The notes beneath the pieces were generated by a model. The model had not been told where the DNA came from, did no database searches, and saw only the letters and a list, made by a program, of their open reading frames with translations. From contig CAWIZL010000002.1 in NCBI GenBank assembly GCA_963840645.1, positions 209,663 to 273,662 of the forward strand: a DNA stretch of 64,000 nt. The letters are read 5' to 3'. Of the stretch, positions 48,523-57,896 are shown piece after piece. The stretch's first letter is position 1; each line of letters begins with the position of its first letter. Position numbers and translations under genes: made by a program. Source of the stretch: Candidatus Doudnabacteria bacterium (GTDB lineage Bacteria > Patescibacteriota > Doudnabacteria > UBA920 > VMFF01).

Positions 48523-49011
48523 CTACCGCGCGGCTGCCAGAAACGTGTCGAGCTTCGTGAGCTGCTGCTCAAAGCCGTACTTCATGCCCTCTACTGCCAT
48601 TTTAGCCCCTGGCCCAATCTTGCTGACTGTGGCCTTGAGGTTCAGCTTTGTTTTGCCGCCTTCTTCTGTGAGGACGAGCTCTGTCACCTGGTCAATCTGG
48701 GTTGCCCCATCATCGTTCTGCCCCTCAGTCCAAGCCTTTGCGGTGTACGAGAGCTTTGAGTTTGGCTCAACAACTGTGAACTCTGCCTGCATTGGCCACT
48801 TCGTGCCCTTGTACGGCCCATTGCCTCGCCAGCTTCCATGACAATGTAGAACTTGCCGCCAACGCGCAGGTCAACTTCGCACTCAGGAATGGTTACGTCG
48901 TTTGGCACCCCACCACTGCTTGAGCACTTCTGGGTCTGTCCACGCTTTCCAAATTGTTGCTGCTGGTGCATCGTACGTTCTCTCGAACGTCACTTCTTTG
49001 ACTGGTTCCAT
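48523..49011 (-). CDS. SRPBCC/AHSA1 (activator of Hsp90 ATPase-like, START-fold) family protein, with two frameshifts
   Basis: MEPVKEVTFERTYDAPAATIWKAWTDPEVLKQWWG / PNDVTIPECEVDLRVGGKFYIVMEAGEAMG / PYKGTKWPMQAEFTVVEPNSKLSYT... The start abuts the ArsR stop. Confidence 0.7.
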
Positions 49012-49371
49012 TTACCTATTTCCTTTCTTTTTATTAATTGACTTTACGTACCGGTCGAGTGAGTCTAGCCTGTGCTCCCACAGCTCGCGGTACTTTTCAA
49101 GGTACGCGTTTGCCTGTTCAAGTGCAGGAGGTGACAGCGTGACGAGCTGCTCTTTGCCGCGACGAGTCTTGCTCACCAGGCCAGCTTGCTCCAGAACTTT
49201 GAGGTGTTTTGCAACAGCTGAAAAGGTAAGGTCGTAGTGCGTGGCAATTTTGCCAATGCTCATTGAACGCTTCGCGATGCGCGCCAAGATGTCGCGCCTG
49301 GTCGGATCTCCCAGCGAGCTGAACAGTGCGTCGAGCTGCTGGCTGTTTCTCTGTTTAACTTGTTCAACCAT
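49012..49371 (-). CDS. ArsR/SmtB family transcriptional regulator
   Basis: LFSSLGDPTRRDILARIAKRSMSIGKIATHYDLTFSAVAKHLKVLEQAGLV. Confidence 0.85.
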   Translation of the reverse strand: MVEQVKQRNSQQLDALFSSLGDPTRRDILARIAKRSMSIGKIATHYDLTFSAVAKHLKVLEQAGLVSKTRRGKEQLVTLSPPALEQANAYLEKYRELWEHRLDSLDRYVKSINKKKGNR

Positions 49372-49623
49372 ATAGTTGAATGATATACGCGTTGGTTTGC
49401 GGTGTCAAGAGGGCCACAAAGCTCTTTACAAAAATTTAAAAAAGTGCTATAACTAATACGAAAGAGGAGGAGCACATTGAAGAAAATTGTATTGGCGGCT
49501 TTGTCTGCTGTAGGAGTACTTGCGATCGGTTTGGCCATCGGATGGCCCAGGTAGACCTGCGGCGGTAGTGGCTCGAGGGGGCGCAGCAAGCGACCCCCTT
49601 ATTTCTATGGATCGAGGGGAAAA

Positions 49624-50174
49624 ATGAACATTAGATTTCAGTCGAAGAGGGACGACACGTCGAGGTACGCCAGCCAGAAGCACGTGATCCCGTTTACCAA
49701 AAAGCAGGCGATTGTCCTTGCTGCTGGGTTGCTGTGCATTCTAGCCATTGGCATCCTGGCTGCAAAACCTGTGGCAGAATTTTTGAACTATCGGTACGGC
49801 ATCGGCAACAAGGCAGCTATACAGAAGGTCGAGATTGAAGACCTCAAAGATATTCATGACACCGTTGGTCGTGATTCGTACACCGTGCACTTCGTGTACA
49901 ACGGAATCATCAGCCGAGACAGGAACGATAAGCCGCCGGACGATTTCAAAGAGCCGTACATGTGGGTGACGTTCACGTACCGTGTTGACGATGGGGGAAT
50001 TAAGGCAGTCACTGAACAGCTCCAGCAGTTGAAAGGCGTTGAGCCGAACGGCGTTAACGTGAAGACGTTCAGTGTCTCCATCCGCAAAGCCGACGAGATG
50101 AAGTGGATCGCGGTATGGCAAGAGGTCAGGATGTGCTCAATGCCTACATGCTCAGCCACCCACATCCAAACTAA
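49624..50174 (+). CDS. Membrane-anchored hypothetical protein; probable frameshift at about 50125 (true stop about 50174, not 50331)
   Basis: TM segment AIVLAAGLLCILAIGILAA. The ORF-track version runs through a terminator (AGCCCA..TGGGCT followed by a T-run at about 50206-50240) into the convergent gene. The alternative frame ends ..GQDVLNAYMLSHPHPN-TAA. Confidence 0.5.
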
Positions 50175-50231
50175 CAGTTTCGAATTTCAAATCCAGCACT
50201 GCTGGCAGCCCATCGCAAGGTGGGCTCTTTT

Positions 50232-50588
50232 TTATTTTTCTTGCTCGTTCAGCTTTGATGCTGCTTCTGGTGTCGAGACAGTTTTACCCATCAAAAATAA
50301 TTTTACAATTCCTAGGGCAATGAGCCAGTAGACCACCATGGCGAGCAAGGTTGCCCACTCAAACACGCTACCATTTACATCGGTAATTCTGAAGACGCTC
50401 AAGAACGGAACCACAAACGGGTACGTAACACTGTAGATGAAGCTGGTGAAGCCAGCGTAAGGGTTTGCGTCGAGCAGCTTGAGCACAAAGCGAAATACCA
50501 GCAGAACTTCTAGAAGCCCAAGAATGTACCAGATAACTTGCGTTGCTCGGTACAGTGGCTTAGTTGTTGGCGAGCTGTATGAGTCCAT
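50232..50588 (-). CDS. YggT family membrane protein
   Basis: VIWYILGLLEVLLVFRFVLKLLDANPYAGFTSFIYSVTYPFVVPF. Confidence 0.8.
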   Translation of the reverse strand: MDSYSSPTTKPLYRATQVIWYILGLLEVLLVFRFVLKLLDANPYAGFTSFIYSVTYPFVVPFLSVFRITDVNGSVFEWATLLAMVVYWLIALGIVKLFLMGKTVSTPEAASKLNEQEK

Positions 50589-50625
50589 ATGTTTTTATGG
50601 TTAATTTTTTATACCTAGAGTTTGC

Positions 50626-51117
50626 TTAAGGGTTTAGGAGTGGATTTCCAGAGCTGCCGGTAACTGTGAAGGGGAGCGTGTTGCTGGTGAGCCCGGTGCT
50701 GTTGGTCACGCTAATGCTGTAGGTTCCAGGTTTAACCAACATCACGTATATTGGGCATGCTTTGCCAGGCGCGCAGTAAGGGCCAACGCTTTGCGGAACA
50801 GAGAAGGCTAAGGTTGCGCCGTTTGCTGCTGCAGAGATGCTCGTGATGGCTCCGCTGGCAAAATTCACCCTGTTGCCTGTTGCGCTGAACCCGCTGCCAG
50901 TAACTGTGACCTCTGTACCTACGAGTCCTGAGGTTGGGCTGAGGCTGTTTATATAGATAGATGACGTCGTGGGGGTTGGCGCCAGGGTTGGCGTAGGCCT
51001 AGCAGTGGGTGTTGCGGAAGGCGATGTTGGATTTTGAACAACAGGAGCTTGCTGGGGTGCAGTGCAGCCAGCTGCGAACAGGGTGACCATTGGCAACACG
51101 AACAGTATTTTTCTCAT
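50626..51117 (-). CDS. Lipoprotein with tandem IPT/TIG-like Ig domains
   Basis: MRKILFVLPMVTLFAAGC (lipobox). Contains INSLSPTSGLVGTEVTVTGSGFSATGNRVNF...YSISVTNSTGLTSNTLPFTVTG. Confidence 0.7.
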   Translation of the reverse strand: MRKILFVLPMVTLFAAGCTAPQQAPVVQNPTSPSATPTARPTPTLAPTPTTSSIYINSLSPTSGLVGTEVTVTGSGFSATGNRVNFASGAITSISAAANGATLAFSVPQSVGPYCAPGKACPIYVMLVKPGTYSISVTNSTGLTSNTLPFTVTGSSGNPLLNP

Positions 51118-51119
51118 AG

Positions 51120-52328
51120 CTAGTAAGTCTGCGGGAGGTTCAAAATCCAAACCTCTCCTCTGCCAGCGCCTTGGTTGGCGCGCTCAATGTAAATTACGTA
51201 CTTGCTGCCAGCTGAGTTCCAATCGCCGTCGCTGGGGGAGCCGCCGCCAGTTTCATAGCCTGGATCGCCAGCAACCTGCACATCGGTCAGGCGCTGCTTG
51301 TTGCTCCCGTCTGCATTCATTATCCATAAATCTAAGTTATTCTCTGTGCCCACCACGCCACCTTGGGCGTTGTACTTTACGCTGTTGCCTTTGGAAGAAG
51401 ACCAAATAATGTACTTGCCATCAGGTGAGTAGTGCGCGTGCTCGTTCCAAACGTCGGTATCTGTGGTTAGCTCGGCAAGTTTTCCGGTCTGTAAATCTAA
51501 TGTGTAAATGTTTGTGTCTCCCCAGGTTGCAGGCGGAACAGAAGAGGTGAAAAGAATTTTTGAACCGTCAGGCGAAAAGCCGTGGCTCTCGTAAGCTGCG
51601 TAAGTGCCGAGGGGTTGGTAGCTTTTCGTGTTGCTCACAGAAGGAACGCCGTTGCTCACCGAAAAGTTTGCCACTTCCAGAGCCCACTCGCCATCCCCAT
51701 TAGCTCCGCCTCCAGCTAAACGCTGCGTCCACAGGAGCTTGGTGCCATCAGAAGAGAAATGAGGGTGCAGTATGCCGCCCACCATTGACGTTGTTGCCAC
51801 CAGCTTCCAGTAGTGGGTGCCAGTGCTGTCCATGACCCACAGGTCATTGGCAAAACCTTGCCCAGGATTTAGGAAAAAACTCGTGCCCTTAGCGGCAAAG
51901 GCGGCTGTAGCGCCAGGCTGCACTGCCTGAAAAACTATGTACTTGCCATCGGGCGACCAGGCTGGATTGCCCCTGTCTCCAGCTGGCAGAGCTGAGGTGT
52001 TGCACGTCAGGCACTGCTGGTTGCTGCCATCAGGGTTAACAGTGTAAATATCGTAAGTTCCAGCTGAACTTATGGCATCGTACGCTATGAGAGAAGGTGC
52101 GCCCCAATCAACGCGACCGCCGTTTTTGACAATTAAGCTCAAGGATGGCAGCTGGCCACTGGTGCCTGAACCTGAGCCGCTGCTAGGCTGGGTAGGTGTG
52201 GGATTACCTGAGCCGAGGCCAGGCTGTGAAGGCTGAGACGGCGCGGGCGTTGGGTAAGGAGGGACTCCTCTGGCGCAGCCTGCTGCTAAAATTGAAAGAA
52301 CGCTAACCAAAAGCATTTTTTTAAACAT
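51120..52328 (-). CDS. Lipoprotein with a TolB-like (PD40/WD40-like) beta-propeller
   Basis: MFKKMLLVSVLSILAAGC (lipobox). Repeated ..DIYTVNPDGSNQQ.., ..PAWSPDGKYIVF.., ..FSPDGSKILFTS.., ..YSPDGKYIIWSS.., ..LWIMNADGSNKQRLT. Confidence 0.8.
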   Translation of the reverse strand: MFKKMLLVSVLSILAAGCARGVPPYPTPAPSQPSQPGLGSGNPTPTQPSSGSGSGTSGQLPSLSLIVKNGGRVDWGAPSLIAYDAISSAGTYDIYTVNPDGSNQQCLTCNTSALPAGDRGNPAWSPDGKYIVFQAVQPGATAAFAAKGTSFFLNPGQGFANDLWVMDSTGTHYWKLVATTSMVGGILHPHFSSDGTKLLWTQRLAGGGANGDGEWALEVANFSVSNGVPSVSNTKSYQPLGTYAAYESHGFSPDGSKILFTSSVPPATWGDTNIYTLDLQTGKLAELTTDTDVWNEHAHYSPDGKYIIWSSSKGNSVKYNAQGGVVGTENNLDLWIMNADGSNKQRLTDVQVAGDPGYETGGGSPSDGDWNSAGSKYVIYIERANQGAGRGEVWILNLPQTY

Positions 52329-52403
52329 GCTGGTAATGTTAATGGTGGCTTAAAAGTTCTCTAAAAAAAGTATAGCACTTAGCTCTGGGGTCACCCCAAA
52401 ATG

Positions 52404-52718
52404 TCAACCTAAATTTTTAGACCGCCCATTGAGTATGCCTTGCACTGATGGGCTTACTTTCTTATCTTTGCGATGAATGCAGCCCAGCCAGCAGCACGGC
52501 CTCCGCATTCCTTCTTTAAGCTCAGTTCGCACTCTCTGCACGTGCTGTCTTCGCGTCTCCGCCTTTTTGACGAACGTAACCCAGCATATCCACTCATTGC
52601 GCGCCAAAGGCGTTAGATCCTGCCACGCAGCCAAAGCCGCCTTGTCGGAAGCAAGAGTCTTCTTTAAATCGGCCGGCAGTGTGTGCGCTGTTCCTGAGAA
52701 AATTTTTGTATTGCCCAT
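52404..52718 (-). CDS. YdeI/OmpD-associated family protein
   Basis: LTPLARNEWICWVTFVKKAETRRQHVQRVRTELKEGMRRPCCW. Confidence 0.65.
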   Translation of the reverse strand: MGNTKIFSGTAHTLPADLKKTLASDKAALAAWQDLTPLARNEWICWVTFVKKAETRRQHVQRVRTELKEGMRRPCCWLGCIHRKDKKVSPSVQGILNGRSKNLG

Positions 52719-52749
52719 GCGGTTATTTTACATCGAGCTGGATAAAAAA

Positions 52750-53295
52750 CTATGCCGAAGCGTACCGTACAATGGTAGCGCCTGTTTGCAGTGGCCGTGC
52801 TTCGAGCAGCTCAAGCTTGTGGTACGGCAAGCCTTCGTTAAATAGGCGTCTGCCGTTGCCTAAGAAAACTGGGACGATGCAGAGACGGTATTCATCAAAC
52901 AGGTTCGCTTTCATCAGAGACTCTGAAAGATTGCCGCTTCCGAATACGAAAATGTTGCCGCTACCTTCCTGTTTCAGCTTTGCCAGTCCGGCAGCTGCAT
53001 CGCCCAGGATGGTTGTATTGCTCCAATCCGCAGCCTCGAGTTTATTCGAGCATACGATCTTGGGAAGCTTGTTCATGTACTCAGCCGTCTCTCCTTCTCT
53101 TTTACTCCAGTAGTCCGCCATGCCTAGGTAGGTCTTTTTGCCAAAGACAAGCAGGTCGATTGACTTAAGCTGTTCAGAGATAAAGTCTTCGAGCTCCTTG
53201 CCCCACGCAAGACCGTGAAAATTTAAATCCCAGGCCTTCTCGCCCTCAAAGTAGCCATCGACCGTAACCAAATTCCACATGGTAAGTTTTTTCAT
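52750..53295 (-). CDS. Dihydrofolate reductase family protein (RibD C-terminal domain type)
   Basis: The start is MKKLTMWNLVTVDGYFEG (ATG at 53295). The C-terminus reads IFVFGSGNLSESLMKANLFDEYRLCIVPVFLGNGRRLF. Confidence 0.8.
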   Translation of the reverse strand: MKKLTMWNLVTVDGYFEGEKAWDLNFHGLAWGKELEDFISEQLKSIDLLVFGKKTYLGMADYWSKREGETAEYMNKLPKIVCSNKLEAADWSNTTILGDAAAGLAKLKQEGSGNIFVFGSGNLSESLMKANLFDEYRLCIVPVFLGNGRRLFNEGLPYHKLELLEARPLQTGATIVRYASA

Positions 53296-53444
53296 AGCTC
53301 TCCAAATTATACAGTGCCATCCTAACAAAAAACACCAGCTTGCGCCAGCGCATTTTAGTTGGCTCCCAATGGTGGACGAGTTCGCAACCATCGATTGGCG
53401 GAGCACCAGGGATGAGTTGCAGTTTAGCGGCGTACTGAATTTTG

Positions 53445-54344
53445 TTACCGCGTAGTTGGTTTTGGTGTGCTGACGAGAATAGGTAGCACCAGCAGTGCTA
53501 CTAGCGGTGCAGCGTTGAAGTCGGTGGCTGTCCCCACCCAGAGCGTTGATAGTCCACCAAAATCCTGCCCCAGCCACCACACAATGAAAAGGAATGCAAT
53601 GGCTACGCTCGCGCTCAATTTATTTGGTTTGAGGAGTAGGGCTGTGGCTAGCAACAGCGGAGCAATTATCAGAAGCCAATTGAACGCTGCGGGGTGAGCA
53701 GCAAGTGAATTGGTGAGGGAGTTAGGCAGCGCGTTTACAGCCCGCAGGGTATCGGAGGCGGACATCTGAAAAATCATTTGCGTGCCCATGGCATTCCAGA
53801 AGGTTGGCTGGAGCTGCAGTGCCGCCCCGAGAAGGAACACCGCAGCCGCAACTCTGGCGGAGAGTCTGCTGCTTATTTTTTCTGGTACGAGAAGGAGGGC
53901 GGCGATTAGCGCATACAGCAGTGCTGCCCCTGGTGCTCCCGTGTACAGGCTGGCAGAGCCAGTGAGCAAGCCGCCCAAGCCCTCGCCGAATGCCCAGACC
54001 GCCAACCCCCAGGTGACGGATAGCCATAAGCCCAGGCTGAATTTTTTGCTACCAGCGGGACACAGCAGCAGAACGCCGATTGCTACTTGCAAGAGTGCGG
54101 CAGCGCAGTTAGCGACGGCGGTGTTGAGGGTGAACAGGTGTATGCCGAAAGCGATTAATGCGTGGAAGAACGCGGGCTGTCTAGTAAGGTTTGGCGACAG
54201 CACGGTGGCAACGAAAGTTGCCCCGAACATTTTTGGCTGTAGCTGGAGCAGCCCATCGAGCAGCCACAGGAATCCCAGAACTCTGCCCAGAATTTTAACG
54301 ATGCCATCGTCGAGTGTAATTTGGGCAAGAGTTTTTTCAAACAT
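53445..54344 (-). CDS. Polytopic integral membrane protein, function unknown
   Basis: A 299-aa ORF with about 8 hydrophobic segments; no family recognised. Confidence 0.65.
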   Translation of the reverse strand: MFEKTLAQITLDDGIVKILGRVLGFLWLLDGLLQLQPKMFGATFVATVLSPNLTRQPAFFHALIAFGIHLFTLNTAVANCAAALLQVAIGVLLLCPAGSKKFSLGLWLSVTWGLAVWAFGEGLGGLLTGSASLYTGAPGAALLYALIAALLLVPEKISSRLSARVAAAVFLLGAALQLQPTFWNAMGTQMIFQMSASDTLRAVNALPNSLTNSLAAHPAAFNWLLIIAPLLLATALLLKPNKLSASVAIAFLFIVWWLGQDFGGLSTLWVGTATDFNAAPLVALLVLPILVSTPKPTTR

Positions 54345-54749
54345 AGTCCTATCTTACGCTTAGAGGTAGATTAAATCAAAAATTTGAGCAGGATATAAAA
54401 AAGTACACAGCTTGCTCCGCGGTTGATTTCAATAGATTGAGGGTAGCCCAGGAAACGAAAAACCGCCCTTTAGGGGCGGTTCATACAATTTGGCTCGACG
54501 TTGTGGCGGAAGTTAGGAAGGCAATACGCGAGCATGAAGGGTACATTTACATTCCTGATTTGGGCCAGAAGGGGGATGTTGCGGCTGATGTTGTCGGTAG
54601 GATAACAGCTCGTTAAAAATTTTACCCCACCGTAAGTGTCACTGTATCGTGAGATGTAATGTTTTGGTTTTAAGGTGTTTAAAAAAGGCGCACGTTGCCA
54701 CCAGTGATGGTGGGCGTGCGCTGGGTTGCGAGTGTTGGTCTTACTGAAA

Positions 54750-54950
54750 TCATTTTAAGTTCGCCACGTGCTCTCTGAGCTTGCCGATCGGGTTGCTGTC
54801 TCCGAATCGGGTCGAGGCGTAGTCGAGCAGGCGGTCGGCTGCCTCAGAGCGGGAGTCGAGCAAGCCCCGCTCAACTAAATCGCTCACAGCTTGAGCCAGC
54901 TTGTCTGCTGCACTTATGGTGAACGGCGAGACTGGTTCTGAGTGTTCCAA
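54750..54950 (-). CDS. Hypothetical 66-aa protein (TTG start), last gene of a 3-gene operon
   Basis: A perfect AGGAGG lies 6 nt upstream of the TTG at 54950. A minus-strand terminator follows at about 54690-54730. The ORF-track version 54750..55046 is over-extended. Confidence 0.5.
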   Translation of the reverse strand: MEHSEPVSPFTISAADKLAQAVSDLVERGLLDSRSEAADRLLDYASTRFGDSNPIGKLREHVANLK

Positions 54951-54970
54951 ATCGAATCCTCCTGGAAATC

Positions 54971-55213
54971 TTACTTGCAGTAGGCTTCGACAAGTTTCAG
55001 GAAGACGTGTAGGGCAGCGGGTGTTCCCGTGAAGTCCCACGCCCACTCGCCGTCCTTGTTCGTGGCGAAGTGTGGCGCGCGGATTTCGTTGCCCGAGTAT
55101 GCCAGGACACCTGACTGCAGCGCCATGTCTTCTAGTCTCTGGACTGCTGCCTCAACCTCGTCATCGTTTCCTGTGAACGTAATCGTTACTTTGGTTTCTT
55201 CTATGCGTATCAT
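54971..55213 (-). CDS. Hypothetical 80-aa protein, middle gene of the 3-gene operon
   Basis: MIRIEETKVTITFTGNDDEVEAAVQRLEDMALQSG...; the ATG at 55213 is chosen. The upstream part of the ORF-track version (to 55450) overlaps the membrane-protein gene out of frame. Confidence 0.5.
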   Translation of the reverse strand: MIRIEETKVTITFTGNDDEVEAAVQRLEDMALQSGVLAYSGNEIRAPHFATNKDGEWAWDFTGTPAALHVFLKLVEAYCK

Positions 55214-55223
55214 TTTAGTCCTT

Positions 55224-55721
55224 TCAAAATCCAGTTCTGGCTTTCGTTGCAGCGAGAATCCAAGCAGCAATCCCGAGTGCAACAAAGAGCAGTGTCCCGC
55301 CCAGGTACGATACCTGAGCCGTTGAGCTGCCGCTGAAGAACTGCCACGCGCGGTACTCGGCGTACACGAGCAGTCCGATCGAGGCCGACATGCACAGCAC
55401 GTCTGCCATCGGCATGAGGTACGTGGTTGGCACGTGGCTAGCCTTGGCAATTTCCCACGGGTCGCCAGCGGATTTCAGGAATCCGCCGAGGCGCTGGACC
55501 ATGGTGTCGAGCCTGCACACCAGGCCGAGCATCACAACGCTGAACGCTGGCACCCAGAGCTGGGGCAGCCTGTTGCCCGTCAGGTCAGAGATGACCGTGA
55601 GGGTGAGCTGAACGAGCATGACGACAACGATCATGGCCGTGTGGGCCAAATCGATTACCGTGATCTGTGAACGGTACGCGGCGAAATCTAACATGAGAAT
55701 CCTCCTGTAAAACCAGTACAT
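55224..55721 (-). CDS. Hypothetical four-TM membrane protein, first gene of the 3-gene operon
   Basis: Hydrophobic segments AMIVVVMLVQLTLTVI, VPAFSVVMLGLVC, VLCMSASIGLLVY and TLLFVALGIAAWILA. The start may be the internal MLDFAAY. Confidence 0.5.
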   Translation of the reverse strand: MYWFYRRILMLDFAAYRSQITVIDLAHTAMIVVVMLVQLTLTVISDLTGNRLPQLWVPAFSVVMLGLVCRLDTMVQRLGGFLKSAGDPWEIAKASHVPTTYLMPMADVLCMSASIGLLVYAEYRAWQFFSGSSTAQVSYLGGTLLFVALGIAAWILAATKARTGF

Positions 55722-55814
55722 TGTACCACGTATGGATAAAAAAGTCTAACGCTGCAAAATTGTTTAAACGGAGGATTTGTGCCACAATTGAGACAATTAA
55801 TAACCCCCAACCAA

Positions 55815-56711
55815 ATGAAAAGGTTTCTACTTGCTCTGCCCGTTGTCGTATTGATAGCCGCTGGTTGCAACTCATCGCCACAGGTTTCTAGCCAGATGCC
55901 TGTCCAAAACCCAGTGGTGCAAAACACAACTCCCACCCAAACCACACAGCCCACAGCTGCTGGCGGCAGCCAAACCGCAAGCCCATCCCCAACTCCTGCC
56001 AAGCCGCTCACGGCGAGTGGCGTGATCCAGGCGTTGACGAGCACCTTTATGCAGCAGGGGTACACCATAGGCACGAACATACAGCCCGTTTACATACTCC
56101 CCAACTTTTGGTGGCTCGACCCGAGCGGTGTAGCCGTCAACCTGCCAGATACAAACTCTCTGAGCTTCAACCTAAACACGCAGGTTCCTGGAACTCAGTC
56201 GGGACCAGTCAACAACCTGCCCGAGCCTTCGAAGATAATCCAGACCGCAGATTCGTACTTTAGCGCAAATGGTTTCAGCGCCCAGGCAAACCAGTCAACG
56301 GGGACAACGCAAAATCCCAACACCGACCTGTCGTACACCAGGGCGTACCTCAACCAGCAGACTTCTGTTCGGTGCAGAATGTACATCTACACCACGGATG
56401 ACGGGATTGCTGCATCGTACCCGTACGCCGATTCTGTGATCTGCGCCGATAGTTCAGACTACGCGCAGGCGTACAGCGCACAGGCTCCGTTCTTGAAAGG
56501 CATGACTGGCGGCGGCACTGATGCAGAGGGAGACTTGTTCATAGTTGAGCTGGGTACGCCCCCAACGTGCAGCGGCGATCCTTCGATAAAGCTCCTGAAA
56601 CTGGATTCCGCAAACGGCTCATCTGCTCAGGAGTACGCGTTCAAGCTCGTCAACGGCACTTGGGCTGAGGACAACATTAGCGGCTACCAAATAGACCAGG
56701 ACTGCAAGTAG
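55815..56711 (+). CDS. Lipoprotein, function unknown
   Basis: MKRFLLALPVVVLIAAGC (lipobox, ATG at 55815), a Q/T/P-rich linker, then a Cys-containing globular domain. Confidence 0.65.
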   Translation: MKRFLLALPVVVLIAAGCNSSPQVSSQMPVQNPVVQNTTPTQTTQPTAAGGSQTASPSPTPAKPLTASGVIQALTSTFMQQGYTIGTNIQPVYILPNFWWLDPSGVAVNLPDTNSLSFNLNTQVPGTQSGPVNNLPEPSKIIQTADSYFSANGFSAQANQSTGTTQNPNTDLSYTRAYLNQQTSVRCRMYIYTTDDGIAASYPYADSVICADSSDYAQAYSAQAPFLKGMTGGGTDAEGDLFIVELGTPPTCSGDPSIKLLKLDSANGSSAQEYAFKLVNGTWAEDNISGYQIDQDCK

Positions 56712-56772
56712 GTTTTAAGCGAAAACTTTCAAGCGAGCAAACAGTGAATACCCCAAAGAGGCGGTAGCTTTT

Positions 56773-57726
56773 ATGCAGATAACCGAAACCTCATCCGACG
56801 GCGCTTACCCAGACGTGACCTTTGAGTACACCGAGGCTGATTCGTTCGACGACCTTGAGTACGGGCTGTGCAAGCAGGTGTACGGAATTTCTTTCTGTGG
56901 TGGTGAGCTGGTAATTTGCCGTAACGGGCGGAGGAATGGCTGGAGCTTCACTGGTGGAAAAATAGAAGCGGGTGAGAACTTCGAGCAGACACTGAGGCGT
57001 GAGATTCTCGAAGAATCAAACATGGATGTGCTCCAGTTTCATCCGCTCGGTTTCCAGAAAGTAATAGCCAAGGACGGATCGTTCTTTTACCAGTTGCGGT
57101 ACGTGTGCACGGTGAGGCCTAATGGGCCGTTCGTGTCTGACCCTGGCGGGAACGTCATAGGTATAAAGTTGATTAATCCTAAGGAGTACCGCAGGTACGT
57201 TGACTGGGGTAGCATCGGCGAGAGGATAATGGGCAAGGCTCTGCGCTTGCTGCCAGAGATGGATAGTTTTCAAGAGGTGAAACCTAAGTACCAGGCCAGC
57301 CTTTACGTCAGCCGAGCGCACATGCCGTTTTGGTTTGCTTCTCATTGCTGGCTTGTGGTTAACAACAATGGCATTGTATCCCGCTGGGAAGTGCTGTTCC
57401 GCAAGCACGCCTCTCCTATGAGCTGGGGGTATTTGACGAAGAACTACCTTCCTCCGACAGTTGGGATAGAAATCATCCCGTACTGGATGAAGTACCTTTG
57501 GCGCGGTAGGCTAATAGGTTCTATCAAGGGTGGCGATAATTCCGAAGCGCAGAGGATGGTGGGTTTCATCGAGAGTTCATACCAGACGTACCTTTACAGA
57601 GACCGCTACTTCTTCTTGGGACCAAACAGCAACACGTACCCCCAGTGGGTGCTGAGCCACTTCCCAGGGTTCAAGATTGAGCTTCCTCCGAATGCTTACG
57701 GGAAAGGATATAAACCAATATTATAG
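56773..57726 (+). CDS. Fusion protein: N-terminal NUDIX hydrolase domain plus a C-terminal DUF3750-like domain
   Basis: Nudix box GGKIEAGENFEQTLRREILEESNM. The C-terminal half reads YVSRAHMPFWFASHCWLVVNNNGIVSRWEVLF...YFFLGPNSNTYPQWVL. A perfect hairpin follows at 57749-57786. Confidence 0.65.
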   Translation: MQITETSSDGAYPDVTFEYTEADSFDDLEYGLCKQVYGISFCGGELVICRNGRRNGWSFTGGKIEAGENFEQTLRREILEESNMDVLQFHPLGFQKVIAKDGSFFYQLRYVCTVRPNGPFVSDPGGNVIGIKLINPKEYRRYVDWGSIGERIMGKALRLLPEMDSFQEVKPKYQASLYVSRAHMPFWFASHCWLVVNNNGIVSRWEVLFRKHASPMSWGYLTKNYLPPTVGIEIIPYWMKYLWRGRLIGSIKGGDNSEAQRMVGFIESSYQTYLYRDRYFFLGPNSNTYPQWVLSHFPGFKIELPPNAYGKGYKPIL

Positions 57727-57896
57727 TGAGTGGCAGTCGGTACTAAACACGAAACGATACATCTACCCCTAGATGTATCGTTTCGAGCTTCTAAACGTGA
57801 CATCTTTCGTTGAGGCGCATTGCAATTTGCATTTAATAGCAAAATGCCTTAGTATTATGACTGGAAGTAACCTTTAAAGTCATTTCCAGTAACAAT

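Noticed and set aside
54486-54690. A possible gene remnant on the minus strand between the two stacked terminators (..HYISRYSDTYGGVKFLTS.YPTDNISRNIPLLAQIRNVNVPFMLAYCLPNFRHNVEPN..).
   Set aside because: There is no start codon and no recognisable family, in particular no tyrosine-recombinase motifs. It is mentioned only as a place to look for an integrase relic.
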